A DNA stretch of 64,000 bases, taken from NCBI GenBank assembly GCA_038087875.1, contig CM076000.1:930001-994000 (forward strand). Reading direction: 5' to 3'. A model generated the notes under the pieces. The model was not told the origin of the DNA and did not search any database. It worked only from the letters and a program-made list of their open reading frames with translations. Below, piece after piece: positions 61,744-64,000 of this stretch. Origin of the DNA: Malacoraja senta. Taxonomy: Eukaryota. A program made the position numbers and the translations under genes. Position 1 is the first letter of the stretch. Each line of letters begins with the position of its first letter.

Positions 61744-62959
61744 GTGCGTCGCTTTTAAAGTTATAATTAAATATTTAGGGTACGCAGTCAAACGTCGCAG
61801 TCTGTTTTATTTTAAATTCCAAATTGTTCTTAAAACGCAAATATCCCACGACATAAAAAAAAGTCAAACTTCACTTAGCCAAGCCATGTCTTGATTGCAC
61901 AACGATTTCGGGTGTAACAGAATAAACAGGCACTCCACTCTTTCACCCACCCAATTTTTTTGTTTAGATTGAAGTGTTAATGTATAACTTTCCTAATTAC
62001 TCACATTTGATTCGTGGCATTTCTGTGTGGCAGGATCGCATGAGCGCTTGTACTGTAATTTATTAATAGTAAAACAGCTTTCATGGCTAAATTCTGAATT
62101 GTATTAAAGTTTGGACACGCTAGATTATTCGTAGCGCTGTAAAGAGGGACCTAAGCTGATCGTTGTACCACACAAGACGTTAATGCTTGATATTGAAAGT
62201 CCCATCCGTGCTCAGATCCAATCCCATGTGCAAATATTTTGGGACTTTAATTCGGAAAACTGTTTAAATATGAAAATTCGTTGAGGCAATGATTGTAGAT
62301 GTTATAAGTCAGATAGAAACGAGCTTGGAATGGATTGGAAAGCAGAAGGATGCGAGGTTTTTCCATCAATCCAAAGTACATTATATCCGTGTTTAAACGA
62401 TTAGGGTTTCCCTTTTTAAGGGTTGTGCCGTCTGCTTTATAGATCTGACCCGTCAAATTGCGGGAGGTTATGAGAACGTGACGAAACCTCTGGGCGAGTG
62501 TAATATTTCCTGGATTCATAGAGTTATGCAGCAACAGCCGCTTTACACAACTCGTCCGTGCCGTCCCGTCCCAGATGCCTATCTATGCTCGTCCAATTTT
62601 CCTCCGTTTGGCCCATTCTTTCGAAATCTATCCTACACATGTGCTGGAAAAATGTATTTTATACACGACTATTGTGGCTGATTCCACTGCCTCCTCTGCC
62701 AGCTGGTCCCATAAACCTGCCACCCGTGTGGAAAACCCTGTTTCCCTCAGGTTCCCTTTAAACCTTTTCCCTTATTACAGTAGTCTAAGATAAGTGCTAC
62801 TAATTTTAAAGCTATGATAGTTGTCATAAACTATGTTCATAACTTATTATAACAGCTTTGCATTAAATGTAATATGAAACTATGCAAATACTGGTTATAT
62901 GCTTCCATCGGAATTGCTCATAATTAGTTATTTATGAAAGTGCCTCTGAAGGCATTGAA

Positions 62960-63062
62960 GGTCTGAAGAAGGGTCTCAACCCAAAACACCACCTGTTCCT
63001 TCTCTCCAGAGATGCTGCCTGCCCTGTTGAGTAACTCCATAATTTTGTGTCTATCTTTGGTG
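62960..63062 (+). repeat. Penelope terminal repeat with degenerate hammerhead-like core
   Basis: ctgaagaagggtctcaacccaaaac...gagatgctgcctg (GAAA mutated to AAAA). Confidence 0.75.
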
Positions 63063-64000
63063 AGGGCTTTGTAACTGGACTAGGTGAAAATGGGTAAGAT
63101 ATTGGACAAAAGTCGTAACTTAACTTTGAGTTACTGCTGTTAACGAAATGGCAAAGAAATGCCGGACCATTGTGTTACACATCCCTATCTATTTAACCAC
63201 ATAAATAGTTTCCAGCCCTCTATCAATTACTCAGATTACTAAACAAGCTAGTTTCACTATTATGCATCAGTCATGGGACCAGTGTGATGAAACATTATTC
63301 ACCAAATATACATTGTACCATCTTGTGTACAAACAAAGAAATTAGATGTGGGTAAGTGGATTGTTGTGGTGGAGTTACCAACTTCTGAAGAGTTTCTCAA
63401 TCATTTGTTCCACTCAGTAGATTAAAACAAGTTTTTCAAGTAGTTATTTTGTGTACAATTATTATGACATAGGAAGATATAATAAATGAGCACATTTCCC
63501 TCATTTTAATAATAAATTTGGAAATGATTTTAAACAAATGTTCCCCATTTTTTAACCTCCACCTTTTCACTAAAATGATCATGATATTCTGTTGTTGAAG
63601 CTATTGGGTACATGCATCTTGTTGGAAACAAATCGGGAATGCTCATGCCCTGAAGGCATTAATGATGTGGCCTTTTTAAAGTTTTCATTGCTAATCGTGA
63701 ATGTGTAGGTGACTTCCTCAATGGAAATGTACCCATTTAATACCATTGTAGTTTAAGGATGCTAGAGTTAATATAATGTTCCCAATGTAACCAATTTAGT
63801 GTCAAATTTTCCTAGTAATAAAACTCTCTTCAGAGTTAGTAGTTTTGGGTTCAAGACCAAATCAGGATTTTAACACTTTAATGAAGATCTACATTGTTGG
63901 TGAAGTGCATGCCTGTTAGATATAACATAGAACACTACAAACCCTTCGGCCAGTGTCCATGCCGAACATGATGCCAAGTTAACCTAATCTTCTTGCTTGC

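Overview
Eukaryotic, repeat-dense vertebrate DNA with one 200-N gap (29731-29930). The repeat mix (CR1 LINEs, tRNA/CR1-tail SINEs, abundant Penelope remnants) suggests a cartilaginous fish such as a skate or ray; this is an inference. Host-gene content is small and unnamed: a probable minus-strand gene (CpG-island first exon ending at a donor at 26820, a phase-compatible exon at 9762-9856) and a divergent plus-strand gene whose first exon (61674-61743) encodes a signal peptide behind a TATA box and an ETS-IRF motif. The rest is mobile DNA: a full-length but decayed DIRS1-type tyrosine-recombinase retrotransposon (53024-58054) with intact terminal architecture, an IR/DR Tc1, a teleost-like L2, CR1, Rex1 and Hero fragments, non-autonomous hAT, Harbinger and Helitron elements, and Penelope remnants. 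The leading candidates are: minimal hammerhead-ribozyme cores in many Penelope-derived, often palindromic repeats; the DIRS circle-junction and methyltransferase system; a non-coding retroelement family with a covarying 3' hairpin; and a GC-rich satellite in a promoter position. Most short ORFs in the track are spurious. Family names come from recalled motifs, not from database searches, and fragment boundaries are approximate unless a TSD or TIR is quoted.
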